A stretch of DNA of 64,000 bases from Alistipes sp. (GCF_020026455.1 NZ_JAHHQJ010000014.1:6153-70152); one strand, 5' to 3'. Positions 22,618 to 32,532 are shown, counted from the first letter of the stretch. Notes: a model not told the origin generated them from the sequence alone. Numbers and translations are program-made.

Positions 22618-23012
22618 AAGAGATTCTGGCCATTTCGGGCCAGCCCGGACTTTATAAATTCGTGGCGCAGTCCGTGCGCGGAGTGATCGTCGAGTCGCTG
22701 CTCGACGGGCGACGCATGAATGCCTCGGCGAACGCCAAGGTGAGCGCCCTTTCGGAGATTTCGATGTTCACCGAAGGCGACGACATTGCGCTGGCCGACG
22801 TTTTCACCCGGATCTACGCCCATACGGGCGGCAAAGAGGCGATCAGCCCCAAGGAGTCGCCCGAGCAGCTGAAGGCCGCATTTGCCGAGGTGCTTCCCGA
22901 GTACGACCGCGACCGGGTGCATGTTTCGGACATCAAGAAGTGCTTCGCGTGGTACAACACGCTGGTCGGAGCGGGATTCACGGAATTCAAACTCCCGGAA
23001 GGAAACGAATAG
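22608..23012 (+). CDS. Conserved Bacteroidota protein (DUF5606-like)
   Basis: MELKEILAISGQPGLYK...VSALSEISMFT...RVHVSDIKK..WYN pattern. Confidence 0.8.
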   Translation: MELKEILAISGQPGLYKFVAQSVRGVIVESLLDGRRMNASANAKVSALSEISMFTEGDDIALADVFTRIYAHTGGKEAISPKESPEQLKAAFAEVLPEYDRDRVHVSDIKKCFAWYNTLVGAGFTEFKLPEGNE

Positions 23013-23085
23013 CGAGCAGCATCCCGGCCCGTGCCGGGGTGTGACGAACCGAAAGCCGCTGCGGCTTTCATAAAGACCTGTCGTT

Positions 23086-23574
23086 ATGGAGAAGAAAACG
23101 AAAGTGCTGGCACTGGTTGCCCACGACAACATGAAACGCGACCTGGCAGAGTGGGTCGACTGGAACAGCCGCAAGTTGAGCCGTCACCACTTGGTGTGTA
23201 CGGGTACGACCGGCAAGATGGTCGAGAAGACCCTGCGCGACCACCGGGAGGAGCATGAGGAGTATGCCGGGGAACAGCCCGAGCTGAAAATCACGCTGCT
23301 CAAGTCGGGCCCGCTGGGCGGCGACCAGCAGCTGGGGTCGCTCATCGCCGACGGAAAGATCAATGCGCTGATTTTCTTTTGGGACCCGATGTCGGCCCAG
23401 CCGCACGATGTCGATGTGAAGGCGCTGCTGCGCCTGGCGACGCTTTACAACGTTCCGACGGCCATCAACCGATCGTCGGCCGATTTCCTGATCTCCTCGC
23501 CGCTGTTCGAGGACGACAGCTACAAACCCGTCGTGAAGGATTACAAGGCCTATGTCGAGCGGGTGCTGAAATAG
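23086..23574 (+). CDS. mgsA: Methylglyoxal synthase
   Basis: ALVAHD, TGTTG, SGPLGGDQQ, DP..QPHDVDVKALLR. Confidence 0.97.
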   Translation: MEKKTKVLALVAHDNMKRDLAEWVDWNSRKLSRHHLVCTGTTGKMVEKTLRDHREEHEEYAGEQPELKITLLKSGPLGGDQQLGSLIADGKINALIFFWDPMSAQPHDVDVKALLRLATLYNVPTAINRSSADFLISSPLFEDDSYKPVVKDYKAYVERVLK

Positions 23575-23586
23575 ACGATGAATTGC

Positions 23587-23624
23587 AAAAGGGCCCGGGT
23601 GTGACGTTTACACCCGGGCCTTTT
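23587..23624 (+). terminator. Intrinsic terminator after mgsA
   Basis: GGCCCGGGTGT/ACACCCGGGCC stem flanked by AAAA and TTTT. Confidence 0.8.
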
Positions 23625-23702
23625 GTGTTCTTGAAGTGCTCCCGGGAAACCGGGCTTCTTGCGGCGCGCTTGCCTCCTCCCGGCTCGCTTGTCCGGTTTT
23701 TT

Positions 23703-23816
23703 CGTGACATTCCGCCTCGGACGGGAGACCCCACCTTGAATGTAACATTCCGGCTCGGACGCAACACCCCGCTTCAAACGTAACATTCCGCCTCGGGCGT
23801 AAACCCTCGGCTTCTC
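23703..23816. repeat. Three 38-bp degenerate tandem units (core GT(A/G)ACATTCCG(C/G)CTCGG)
   Basis: Units start at 23703, 23741 and 23779. Confidence 0.8.
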
Positions 23817-24015
23817 CGTAGGCCCCCTCCGCAGAACCTTTCCGGCAAAGGCCGCCTCTGGGAGGTTCGCCGGGCCGAATCCGCCGATAGGGTAGTGTCC
23901 CCCGGACCGATGGGCGAGGTCCGAATTTGCATGCTCTGCGCCGCTGCGGACAGGTCGCCGCGCTGCGATTCCGATGGGGGAATGCGGCCCTGCACGCTCC
24001 CTGCTTCCCCGTTTT

Positions 24016-25038
24016 TTACAGGTTGTGCGACAGCGGTGCGGGAACCGCTCCGCTCAGATCGTAGTCGCCCCAGCGGCAGGCGATCTCGTCGAGTGTGGCG
24101 AACAGCTCGGCGGTGTCGAGCGACGTCACGAGTTTCAGCCGCGTGGCCTTGAAGTCGGGCAGCCCCTTGAAATAGTTGGTCATGTGACGCCTCATTTCGA
24201 GGATTCCGACATGGTCGCCCTTGATTTCGAGTGACTTCTGCAAATGTTCCTTCGCGATGGCCACGCGCTCGACGACCGACGGCTGCGGCAGTTCTTCGCC
24301 CGTGGTGAGGAAGTGCTTCACTTCGCGGAAGATCCACGGACGTCCGTAGGTGGCGCGGCCGATCATTATGCCGTCCACACCGTAGCGGTCGAACATCTCC
24401 CGGGCCCTGGGCCCCGAGTCGACGTCGCCGTTGCCGATGATCGGAATGTGGATCTGCGGATTGTTCTTCACCTTGCCGATCAGCGTCCAGTCGGCTTCGC
24501 CGCGGTACATCTGGGCCCGCGTGCGGCCGTGAATGGTCAGCGCGGCGATTCCCACATCCTGCAGGCGCAGGGCTATTTCCTCGATGTTTTTCGACTCCTC
24601 GTCCCATCCGAGGCGGGTTTTCACCGTCACGGGTTTCTTCACGGCCTCGACGATCCGGCGGGTCATCTCGACCATCAGCGGCACGTCGCGCATCATCCCC
24701 GATCCGGCTCCGCGTCCGGCGATCTTCTTCACCGGGCAGCCGAAATTGATGTCGATCACATCGGGATCGGCCGCCTCGGCCATGCGTGCCGCCTCGACCA
24801 TCGGGTCGATCAGGTGGCCGTAGAGCTGAATGCCCACGGGACGTTCGGCCTCGCCGATTTCGAGTTTCTTGAGCGATTTCGCCGCGTCGCGGATCAGTCC
24901 GTCCGACGAGATGAACTCGGTGTAGACCATGTCGGCACCGAAGCGTTTGCACATGTAGCGGAACGACGGATCGGTGACATCCTCCATCGGAGCGAGCAGC
25001 AGGGCCTGTTCGCCCAGTTCTATGTTTGCGATTTTCAT
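24016..25038 (-). CDS. dusB: tRNA-dihydrouridine synthase B
   Basis: LAPMEDVTD, DINFGCP, VTVKTRLGW, IHGRTRAQ, GNGDV, MIGRA. Confidence 0.95.
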   Translation of the reverse strand: MKIANIELGEQALLLAPMEDVTDPSFRYMCKRFGADMVYTEFISSDGLIRDAAKSLKKLEIGEAERPVGIQLYGHLIDPMVEAARMAEAADPDVIDINFGCPVKKIAGRGAGSGMMRDVPLMVEMTRRIVEAVKKPVTVKTRLGWDEESKNIEEIALRLQDVGIAALTIHGRTRAQMYRGEADWTLIGKVKNNPQIHIPIIGNGDVDSGPRAREMFDRYGVDGIMIGRATYGRPWIFREVKHFLTTGEELPQPSVVERVAIAKEHLQKSLEIKGDHVGILEMRRHMTNYFKGLPDFKATRLKLVTSLDTAELFATLDEIACRWGDYDLSGAVPAPLSHNL

Positions 25039-26306
25039 GACTGTTGTTTCTGGTTGACGAGGATTTTGTCGATGCGCGCTCCGTCCATGTCCGCGATTTC
25101 GAGCGTGAGACCGTTCCATTCCAGTTTCTCGCCCGTGGCGGGAATGTGGCCCAGCTGGTCGAGGATCAGCCCGCTGACGGTGTTGTAGGTGTTGCAGGGT
25201 AGGGAGTTCTCCAGCCCGAAGCAGTCGAGGAAGTCGTAGAAAGGACATTGGCCGTCGACCAGACAGCTGCCGTCCTCGCGCCGGACGATGTCCGGTTCCT
25301 CGCGCGGATCGGGCAGCTCGCCGACCAGGGCTTCGAAAATGTCGCGCAGGGTGATGATGCCGCGCGTCACGCCGAATTCGTCGCAGATGATGCCGTAGTC
25401 CAGCTGTTCGGTGCGCAGCTGCTCGAGGGCGTTGTAAACCTCAAACCCTTCGTGGAAGAATTTCGCCGGACCGATCAGCCCGTGCAGGTCGAATTCCTCG
25501 TCGCCCAGGTGCAGAAACAGGTCCTTGAGATAGACCACGCCCAGCAGTTTGTCGAGATTGCCCAGACCGACGGGATAGCAGTTGTGGGGAGCGCGGGCCA
25601 CCGTTTCGCGGATCTGCTCCGCGGACGCCGCCGCATCGATCCATGCCAGTTCGCTGCGGTGGGTCATGATCGACTCCACCGTGCGGTCGCCCAGCGAGAA
25701 GACGCGGTCCATGATCTGGCGTTCGACCGCCTGCACCTCGCCGTCCTCGGCCCCTTCCTGAATGATCGAGCGTATTTCCGCCTCGGTGACCTTGCTTTCG
25801 GCCTGTTGCAGCCCCAGCAGTCGGGTGATGCCCGCCGTGCTTCTGGAGAGCAGCCACACGAAGGGCGACGTCATGATTGAGAGCAGCCGCATGGGCTGTG
25901 CGACGATTTTTGCGGCCCGCTCGGCGGCGTTCATGCCGATGCGCTTGGGGACCAGTTCGCCGAAGATGATCGTGAGGTAGGTGACCACGATGACGATCGA
26001 GATCTGCGCCGTGACGGTCGCCGTGCGCAGCGGAATGCCCAGACGGGCCAGCTCCCCGCCGAATTTTGCGGCCAGCGTGTCGCCGGAGTAAATACCCGTG
26101 AGAATGCCGATCAGGGTGATGCCGATCTGCACGGTTGATAGAAACCGGTCGGGGTCTTTGGCCAGTTTCAGGGCCTGTCGGGCGCCCGCACTGCCTTGTC
26201 GGGCCTGCAGCTCCAGATTCGAGCGCCGGGCCGAAATGAGTGCGATCTCCGACATGGCAAACAGCCCGTTGAGCAGGATCAGCAGCAGAATGACGAGAAT
26301 TTCCAT
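25035..26306 (-). CDS. Hemolysin/CNNM-family (DUF21-CBS-CorC) membrane protein
   Basis: NGLFAMSEIALIS, GELVPKRIG, IMTHR, DEFGVTRGIITLRD, DMDGARIDK. Confidence 0.9.
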   Translation of the reverse strand: MEILVILLLILLNGLFAMSEIALISARRSNLELQARQGSAGARQALKLAKDPDRFLSTVQIGITLIGILTGIYSGDTLAAKFGGELARLGIPLRTATVTAQISIVIVVTYLTIIFGELVPKRIGMNAAERAAKIVAQPMRLLSIMTSPFVWLLSRSTAGITRLLGLQQAESKVTEAEIRSIIQEGAEDGEVQAVERQIMDRVFSLGDRTVESIMTHRSELAWIDAAASAEQIRETVARAPHNCYPVGLGNLDKLLGVVYLKDLFLHLGDEEFDLHGLIGPAKFFHEGFEVYNALEQLRTEQLDYGIICDEFGVTRGIITLRDIFEALVGELPDPREEPDIVRREDGSCLVDGQCPFYDFLDCFGLENSLPCNTYNTVSGLILDQLGHIPATGEKLEWNGLTLEIADMDGARIDKILVNQKQQS

Positions 26307-26429
26307 GGAGTGTCTTGTCGGTTTGTGTCGCAAAGATAATGGATGTCGGGCTAAAACCAAAGAATATGGTCCCGATGGAATTGCTTATTCGCCGAAAAAC
26401 GTTAAATTTGCGGGCAAAATCTATTGTAT

Positions 26430-28211
26430 ATGAATATCGAAACCTTTATTTCGGATGCGGTCCGCCGGTCGGTGGAGGCGCTTTACGGTGAGCTTGGCGA
26501 CGAGCAGTTGCAGATTCAGAAGACCCGCAGGGAGTTCGAGGGCGACTATACCCTCGTAACCTTTCCGTTGCTCCGGCGAAGCCGCAAGTCTCCCGAAGCC
26601 ACCGCGACCGAAATCGGCGAATACATGGCGGCCAACGTCCCCGAGATCGCGTCGTTCAACGTGATCAAAGGTTTCCTCAACCTTTCGCTCGACAATGCGT
26701 TTTGGGCGGCCCGCTTCGCCGAAGTCGCTGCCGACGAACATTTCGGACATGCTCCTGCGACGGGCCGCACCGTGATGGTCGAATACTCGTCGCCCAACAC
26801 CAACAAGCCACTCCATCTGGGACACATCCGCAACAACCTGCTGGGTTACTCCGTGGCTCAGATTCTCAAGGCCAACGGCCATACGGTCATCAAGGCCAAT
26901 CTGGTGAACGACCGCGGCATCCACATCTGCAAGTCGATGCTGGCGTGGCAGCTCTACGGAAACGGGGCTACTCCGGCTTCGTCGGGTCTGAAGGGCGATC
27001 ACCTCGTGGGCGATTACTACGTGGAGTTCGACAAACATTACAAGGAGCAGATCAAGGAGCTGGTTGCGCAGGGACAGTCGGAGGAGGAGGCCAAGAAAAA
27101 CGCCCCGATCATGCTCCAGGCCCAGGAGATGCTGCGCAAGTGGGAGGCCCGGGATCCCGAGGTCTACTCGCTCTGGGAGAAGATGAACGGCTGGGTTTAC
27201 GAGGGCTTCGACGTGACCTACAAGGCGCTGGGCGTCGACTTCGACAAGGTCTATTACGAGTCGCAGACCTACCTGCTGGGCAAGTCGCTCGTCGAGGAGG
27301 GGCTCGACAAGGGGGTCTTCTACCGCCGTCCCGACAATTCGGTGTGGATCGACCTCACGGCGGACGGACTGGACGAAAAACTGCTGCTGCGCGGCGACGG
27401 CACGTCGGTCTACATGACGCAGGACCTCGGCACGGCTTTCCGCCGCTTCGAGGACAATCGGCTCGATGACATGATCTACGTCGTGGGCAACGAACAGAAC
27501 TACCACTTTCAGGTGCTGAAACTGGTGCTCCGGAAACTGGGCTATGCCGACTGGAGCGACCACATCACCCACCTCTCCTACGGCATGGTGGAGCTTCCCG
27601 AGGGCAAGATGAAGTCGCGCGAGGGTACGGTGGTCGACGCCGACGACCTGATCGAGGGCATGGTCTCGACGGCGCGCGAGATGTCGGCCGAGCTGGGCAA
27701 GCTCGATGGATGCTCGGAGGAGGAGGCCGAAGCGGTCTCGACGATGGTCGGGCTGGGAGCGCTCAAGTACTTCATCCTCAAGGTCGATCCCAAGAAAACG
27801 ATGCTGTTCGATCCCCGCGAGTCGATCGACTTCAACGGCAATACGGGACCTTTCATCCAGTACACCCACGCGCGTATCCGCTCGGTGCTGCGCAAGGCCG
27901 CCGAGGCTGGCATCGACTTCAGAGGGACTGCGGCGGCGGATTACCTGCGCGAGGAGGTCGACCTGGTCAAGGCGCTGACGGAGTATCCGTCGGTGGTGAA
28001 GGCTGCGGGCGATAACTTTGCGCCGTCGATCGTCGGGGCCTATGTCTACGAGCTGGCCAAGCAGTTCAATGGCTATTACCACGACCATTCGATCCTCAAG
28101 GAGGAGAACACTGAGGTGCGCAAGATGCGTCTCCAGCTGGCGCAGCAGGTCGCCCGCGTCCTGAAGGAGGGCATGAAACTGCTGGGCATCGACGTTCCCG
28201 AACGCATGTAA
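26430..28211 (+). CDS. argS: Arginine--tRNA ligase
   Basis: EYSSPNTNKPLHLGHIRN (HIGH-like), KMKSREG, GNTGPFIQYTHAR; TAAATTTG at 26403-26410. Confidence 0.98.
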   Translation: MNIETFISDAVRRSVEALYGELGDEQLQIQKTRREFEGDYTLVTFPLLRRSRKSPEATATEIGEYMAANVPEIASFNVIKGFLNLSLDNAFWAARFAEVAADEHFGHAPATGRTVMVEYSSPNTNKPLHLGHIRNNLLGYSVAQILKANGHTVIKANLVNDRGIHICKSMLAWQLYGNGATPASSGLKGDHLVGDYYVEFDKHYKEQIKELVAQGQSEEEAKKNAPIMLQAQEMLRKWEARDPEVYSLWEKMNGWVYEGFDVTYKALGVDFDKVYYESQTYLLGKSLVEEGLDKGVFYRRPDNSVWIDLTADGLDEKLLLRGDGTSVYMTQDLGTAFRRFEDNRLDDMIYVVGNEQNYHFQVLKLVLRKLGYADWSDHITHLSYGMVELPEGKMKSREGTVVDADDLIEGMVSTAREMSAELGKLDGCSEEEAEAVSTMVGLGALKYFILKVDPKKTMLFDPRESIDFNGNTGPFIQYTHARIRSVLRKAAEAGIDFRGTAAADYLREEVDLVKALTEYPSVVKAAGDNFAPSIVGAYVYELAKQFNGYYHDHSILKEENTEVRKMRLQLAQQVARVLKEGMKLLGIDVPERM

Positions 28212-28229
28212 TTTTGAAGGGTATATCTG

Positions 28230-28259
28230 AAAAGAGGCTGCTTTTAAGCAGCCTCTTTT
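28230..28259. terminator. Bidirectional terminator between argS and the nuclease gene
   Basis: Perfect inverted repeat AAAAGAGGCTGCTT-TT-AAGCAGCCTCTTTT. Confidence 0.85.
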
Positions 28260-29112
28260 ATTTGGTTTCTTCCAGCGATTTCAGAATGCATCCGTCTTTC
28301 GTTTTCCATTCTGACAGGCCATTGGCACTACGCCCCATGACGATACTGGCGGCTGTGGAAGGACTGGAAAATAACAGGTCCTTGGTCAGTACGAGTCCCT
28401 CCGGGTCTTGAACGATCGTTTTGTTGCTAAGCAATTTATCTCGTAAGTGCAGGTAATTGTCTGGGAAAGAGCGGGTGACGGAATCCGCGATTCGGGAATT
28501 TTTCAATACGACGAATCCCTCTGTGGTGCTAATCCCCTGGGCGTTCGCTCCTCGGGCAGCCTGAATATACAAGATGCGGTTCGGCGTTGTGTTTTGCGAT
28601 GAAATCAATGGTTCGAAGATTTTGAACCCCAACGTGCCGATCAGCAGCTTGATATTGGCGATGAATTCCTCCATTTCGGCCTCGTCCGGTTCGGAGATGG
28701 TCGATCGGGTAGGGGTGTTGGAGTTTTCCAGCTTGTAACGGCCGACTTCGTCGGCTGCTTCGTACAATCTGTTCTCTATGTATTTGATGTGAGCCTTGTT
28801 CAGGTTGTTGTCTTTGCTGACGAACACGATGGCGTCATTCCAGAAATCTTTTTGCGAAAGATGCTGTGTCAACCGTTTCAGAATGCCGTCGGCTTCGCCG
28901 ATATATGCCAGACCTTCTTTGTCCGTATTGTCGGATTTGCCGAACAGGATGTAAACGCCGGCATTGTCCATATCCTTTCGGTCCATGCATTGGCGGATGC
29001 AAGATCTCGGGATACGGTATGCTTTTCCATTCCAGTTGGACAATTCGCAGCTGATACGCCCTTCCGCGGAGCCATCCATCAGAAACAGTGTTATTTTCTT
29101 GCCGTACGCCAT
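28258..29112 (-). CDS. GIY-YIG nuclease family protein with C-terminal DUF4357-like domain
   Basis: GVYIL..AYIGEAD..LKRL.QH; LNKAHIKYIE; C-terminal FSSPSTAASIVMGRSANGLSEWK. Confidence 0.85.
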   Translation of the reverse strand: MAYGKKITLFLMDGSAEGRISCELSNWNGKAYRIPRSCIRQCMDRKDMDNAGVYILFGKSDNTDKEGLAYIGEADGILKRLTQHLSQKDFWNDAIVFVSKDNNLNKAHIKYIENRLYEAADEVGRYKLENSNTPTRSTISEPDEAEMEEFIANIKLLIGTLGFKIFEPLISSQNTTPNRILYIQAARGANAQGISTTEGFVVLKNSRIADSVTRSFPDNYLHLRDKLLSNKTIVQDPEGLVLTKDLLFSSPSTAASIVMGRSANGLSEWKTKDGCILKSLEETK

Positions 29113-29244
29113 CTTGAACGAATTATTTTTGCAAAGATACGGATATTTATTGAAATGCGGTTGTGGGGCGATTGAAAAAAGGGCCGTTTGAAACCGTGGT
29201 ATGAATCTTGCGAGAGACGAAGCGTTAACTAACACAATTTTAGC

Positions 29245-30246
29245 GTGAAAACATTTACATCAACTTTCGCTCTTTCTCTCGCGTTGTGTGCCGCTGCCGG
29301 AGCGACGGCCCAAACCAGGAGTGCGGTTCCGGCCCCTGCGGCTGATACCGTATTGCTGTCGGAGACTACCGACGGCGACTACATCGTGCGCAGGTTCATC
29401 GTCCAAAGCCGCGACGATGCCGACTATTCGATTCGCTACCAGATCAATCTGGCGACGCTCAACACCGGGCTCAACGGCAATCCGCAGGAGCTGGACGGGC
29501 TCAATGCCTTTGTGGACGACCTCGTGAAGGACACGCTCCGTCGGGTCTGCGCCGTGACGATCACGGGCTATGCTTCTCCCGACGGTCCGCTGAAGTTCAA
29601 CGAAGCGTTGGCCGCCAAGCGGGCCTCAGACTTCAAGGCCTATGTCGACCGGAAATACGATTTTTCGAACAAGTACAAGGTGACGGTGCATTCCGTTGCC
29701 GAGAACTGGGAGGCGTGCCGCGCGCTGGTCGCCCAGTCGTCGATGCCCGACCGGCAGTCCGTGCTGAACATCATCGACGGCAAGCAGTCGCCCTGCCAGA
29801 AGGAGGCAGCGCTCAAGAAGATGCCTGCTGCGTGGAACTGCCTGAAAAATAACGTTCTGCCGAAGATGCGGCGGGTCGAGCTGACGATCGGCTACGGAGC
29901 TGGCAACATCGTCGAGCAACGCACCATGATTCCCCGGCCGGCTCCGCAGCCGCAGCCCGCACAACCGGCCGAACCCTATGTCGTTGTCGACGAGCAGGTG
30001 AACGGACTCATCGTCGAGATGCCCGGCGAACACGAGTACGGGAAGGAGATGCGTGAGGAATCCCGGGAGATGAAGAAGGAGGCGAAGGCCGCCGAGAGAC
30101 GCGCCCGAAAGGAGGCCCGCGAAGCGCAGAAGATCGTCCGTCAGCAGGAGAGGACCGCCCAAAAGATTGCCCGGAAGGAGGCCAAGGCTGCCAAGAAAGC
30201 CGAGAAGGCCGCCCGGAAGACCTACGAGGAACTCGAAAAAATGTAA
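29245..30246 (+). CDS. Secreted protein with OmpA-like domain and Lys/Ala/Glu/Arg-rich C-terminal helix
   Basis: Signal peptide (GTG start); ITGYASPDG..NEALAAKRA; AENWE; MRRVEL; charged tail. Confidence 0.7.
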   Translation: MKTFTSTFALSLALCAAAGATAQTRSAVPAPAADTVLLSETTDGDYIVRRFIVQSRDDADYSIRYQINLATLNTGLNGNPQELDGLNAFVDDLVKDTLRRVCAVTITGYASPDGPLKFNEALAAKRASDFKAYVDRKYDFSNKYKVTVHSVAENWEACRALVAQSSMPDRQSVLNIIDGKQSPCQKEAALKKMPAAWNCLKNNVLPKMRRVELTIGYGAGNIVEQRTMIPRPAPQPQPAQPAEPYVVVDEQVNGLIVEMPGEHEYGKEMREESREMKKEAKAAERRARKEAREAQKIVRQQERTAQKIARKEAKAAKKAEKAARKTYEELEKM

Positions 30247-30391
30247 TGCGAAAACGATCCCGGCCTTCCGGGATCTTTTTTGTCCGCCATCCGTCCGGGA
30301 AATAATTCCCGGGGACGCAGTCCGAAAATATTTGATAATCCGAAACGTTTTATTACCTTTGCCAGAGCAAAAATTTTAAAATCGACTGAAT

Positions 30392-30679
30392 ATGGCAAAT
30401 TTACGAGACCTGAAGAAGGAGATTGACTACCGCCTTGAGGAGGTTGTTTTCGACTGCGATATGGCTATCTGTTTCCAGCCTTCGAAGGAGAAGGAGATTT
30501 TCGAACTGATGCAGGAGGCTGTCGGCGTTCGCAACATGCTCTTCTCCAAAGCGATGAATCCCGCCGAGCCGCACAATCCGTCGCTCGTCCGCAAGCACTA
30601 TGCTGCCCTGCGTGTCGAGATCGAGGAGGTTTTCGGCCAACTCTTCGACAAGTTGAGCAAGATCAACGGACATAAGTAG
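30392..30679 (+). CDS. Conserved hypothetical helical protein
   Basis: ATG in A-rich context, host-like codons, TACCTTTG at 30354-30361, terminator downstream. Confidence 0.75.
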   Translation: MANLRDLKKEIDYRLEEVVFDCDMAICFQPSKEKEIFELMQEAVGVRNMLFSKAMNPAEPHNPSLVRKHYAALRVEIEEVFGQLFDKLSKINGHK

Positions 30680-30711
30680 TAGGGTAGAGACAGGGTAGTC
30701 CCTTTCGATGC

Positions 30712-30752
30712 AAAACAGCGGAGCGCCTCATGCGGGGCGCTCCGTTCGTTTT
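30712..30752. terminator. Bidirectional terminator
   Basis: CGGAGCGCC/GGCGCTCCG stem flanked by A and T tracts between convergent genes. Confidence 0.7.
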
Positions 30753-31521
30753 ATTCGTGGTCACGGCAGCAGTCGCCGGGGTGGTGTTCCAGCACGGTGT
30801 GGGGGATGTGTCCGTGCGACAGCAGTTGAATCGGACAGTCGTAGTTGCGCAACTGTTCCTCGGTCAGGATGTTCGAACGGTGGCGATGTACCTGCCGGTT
30901 GACGCAGACGATCTCTTTCACGACGCTGGTTATCGTGCCGATGTCGTGCGACACCATGACGATCGCCATGCGGTCGTTCAGGTCGTGCAGCGTGCGGTAG
31001 AGCTCCTTCTCGAATTTGTTGTCCACGAAATTTGCGGGTTCGTCCAGAATCAGCAGCTTCGGCTCAGAGATCACGGCCCGGGCCAGCAGTGCCCGCTGCA
31101 TCTGCCCGCCCGACACCTCGCCGACGGGGCAGCGGGCTGTCTCGGCAATTCCTGACGCGTCAAGCAGTTCCATGGCCCGTGTACGGTCCTCCTTCGTGTA
31201 TCGGGAGCAGAATCCGCGCCGGCCCTGCAATCCCGACAGGACCACCTCGAGGATCGAGATCGGGAATGCGCGGTCGAAGTCCGAAATCTGCGGCATGTAG
31301 CCGATCAGCCGTTCCTTTCCGCGGAACAGCTCCGGAGCGAGCGTCAGCTCTCCCGTGTGGGGGACGGTTCCCAAAATGGCCTTCACGAGTGTGGTTTTTC
31401 CGCCTCCGTTGGGCCCTATGACCCCCAGGAAATCGTGGTCGCCAATCTCCAGGTCGACGTGGCGCAGGGCCTCGTAGCCGTCGTATGCGACACTTACGTC
31501 GCGCAGAGTTACCAGATTCAT
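30751..31521 (-). CDS. znuC: Zn/Mn ABC transporter ATP-binding protein
   Basis: GPNGGGKTTL, VSGGQMQR, LILDEP, VSHD; His-rich end; ATGA overlap with the upstream gene. Confidence 0.85.
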   Translation of the reverse strand: MNLVTLRDVSVAYDGYEALRHVDLEIGDHDFLGVIGPNGGGKTTLVKAILGTVPHTGELTLAPELFRGKERLIGYMPQISDFDRAFPISILEVVLSGLQGRRGFCSRYTKEDRTRAMELLDASGIAETARCPVGEVSGGQMQRALLARAVISEPKLLILDEPANFVDNKFEKELYRTLHDLNDRMAIVMVSHDIGTITSVVKEIVCVNRQVHRHRSNILTEEQLRNYDCPIQLLSHGHIPHTVLEHHPGDCCRDHE

Positions 31522-32375
31522 TTTGTCGTGATTAAATCGGTCATTGCGTCGATGGCTCCGATGGTGTCTTCGTCCAGCGGGTCGATCTCCACACACTCGG
31601 CGTCGATGTCGCGGGCAATGGTCTCCACGGTCGATGCCGGGAACTGGTTCTGGTAGAAAATCCGCCGCACTCCCTCCTCGCGAGCCTGCCGGATAATCGC
31701 CGTCAGCTGCTTGGCCGAAGGATCCTTGCCGTCGGCCTCGATGGCTACCTGCCGCAATCCGTAATCGCGGGCGTAGTAGGTAAGTGCGGGGTGGTAGACG
31801 ATGAAACTCTTCACACCGCTCCGGGCTATCTTCTCCGCCGTGCGTGTGTCCAGCTCCTGCAGTGTCTTCTGCAGCCGGTTGTATCCGGCCTCGTATTGCA
31901 CCGAATCGGGATAGGCGCTGCGGATCGCCTTATAGGCATTTGCGGCCATCGTTTGCAGGGCCTTGGGCGAGGTCCAGACGTGGGGATCCACACCGCGAGC
32001 ATGCTCCTGACCGGCGCCGTGGTGGGCGTGCGAGCAGGAACCTGCGATCAGCTCGATTCCGCGGCTCAGGTCTACGACTTTCGCCTGATCGCCGACCTTG
32101 CCCAGCAGTGAGGTTTCGAAGTCGATCAATCCCACATTGAAGATGAGCTGCGCCCTGTTCAGCGCCACAAACTGCCGGGGCGTCGGTTCGAACGTCTCGG
32201 GACTTGCTCCGGGCGGCACGAGCACCTCGATTTTGAAATCGTTGCCGACAATCCCTTCCACGATGCTGCGCAGCGGAGGTATCGAGACGTAAAGCGTATT
32301 TTCCCCGGCGGGCTGTTTCGGCGTGCATGCCGCGAGCAGCAGGGCCGCGAGTAGGTATGTTGCTAATTTATACAT
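31518..32375 (-). CDS. znuA: Zn/Mn ABC transporter substrate-binding lipoprotein
   Basis: Lipobox LLAAC; VPPGASPETFEPTP; DPHVWTSP; YHPALTY. Confidence 0.85.
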   Translation of the reverse strand: MYKLATYLLAALLLAACTPKQPAGENTLYVSIPPLRSIVEGIVGNDFKIEVLVPPGASPETFEPTPRQFVALNRAQLIFNVGLIDFETSLLGKVGDQAKVVDLSRGIELIAGSCSHAHHGAGQEHARGVDPHVWTSPKALQTMAANAYKAIRSAYPDSVQYEAGYNRLQKTLQELDTRTAEKIARSGVKSFIVYHPALTYYARDYGLRQVAIEADGKDPSAKQLTAIIRQAREEGVRRIFYQNQFPASTVETIARDIDAECVEIDPLDEDTIGAIDAMTDLITTK

Positions 32376-32532
32376 GGCTGATAATCATCTGTTTGTCGTT
32401 GTTGTTTCGGGAGCCTGTGTCCCGAATTACAGGTGCAAAGGTAGTGTTTTTTGCGGAAAAACAGATGGACCCCACAAAAGAGCTCCCTGCAAACCGTCCG
32501 TTTGCAGGGAGCTCTGCGGCGGAATGGGGCTG

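Noticed and set aside
23703-23816. CRISPR-like appearance of repeat plus variable segment
   Set aside because: Only three units, period 38 bp in total, the variable parts are related to each other, and there are no cas genes in the window
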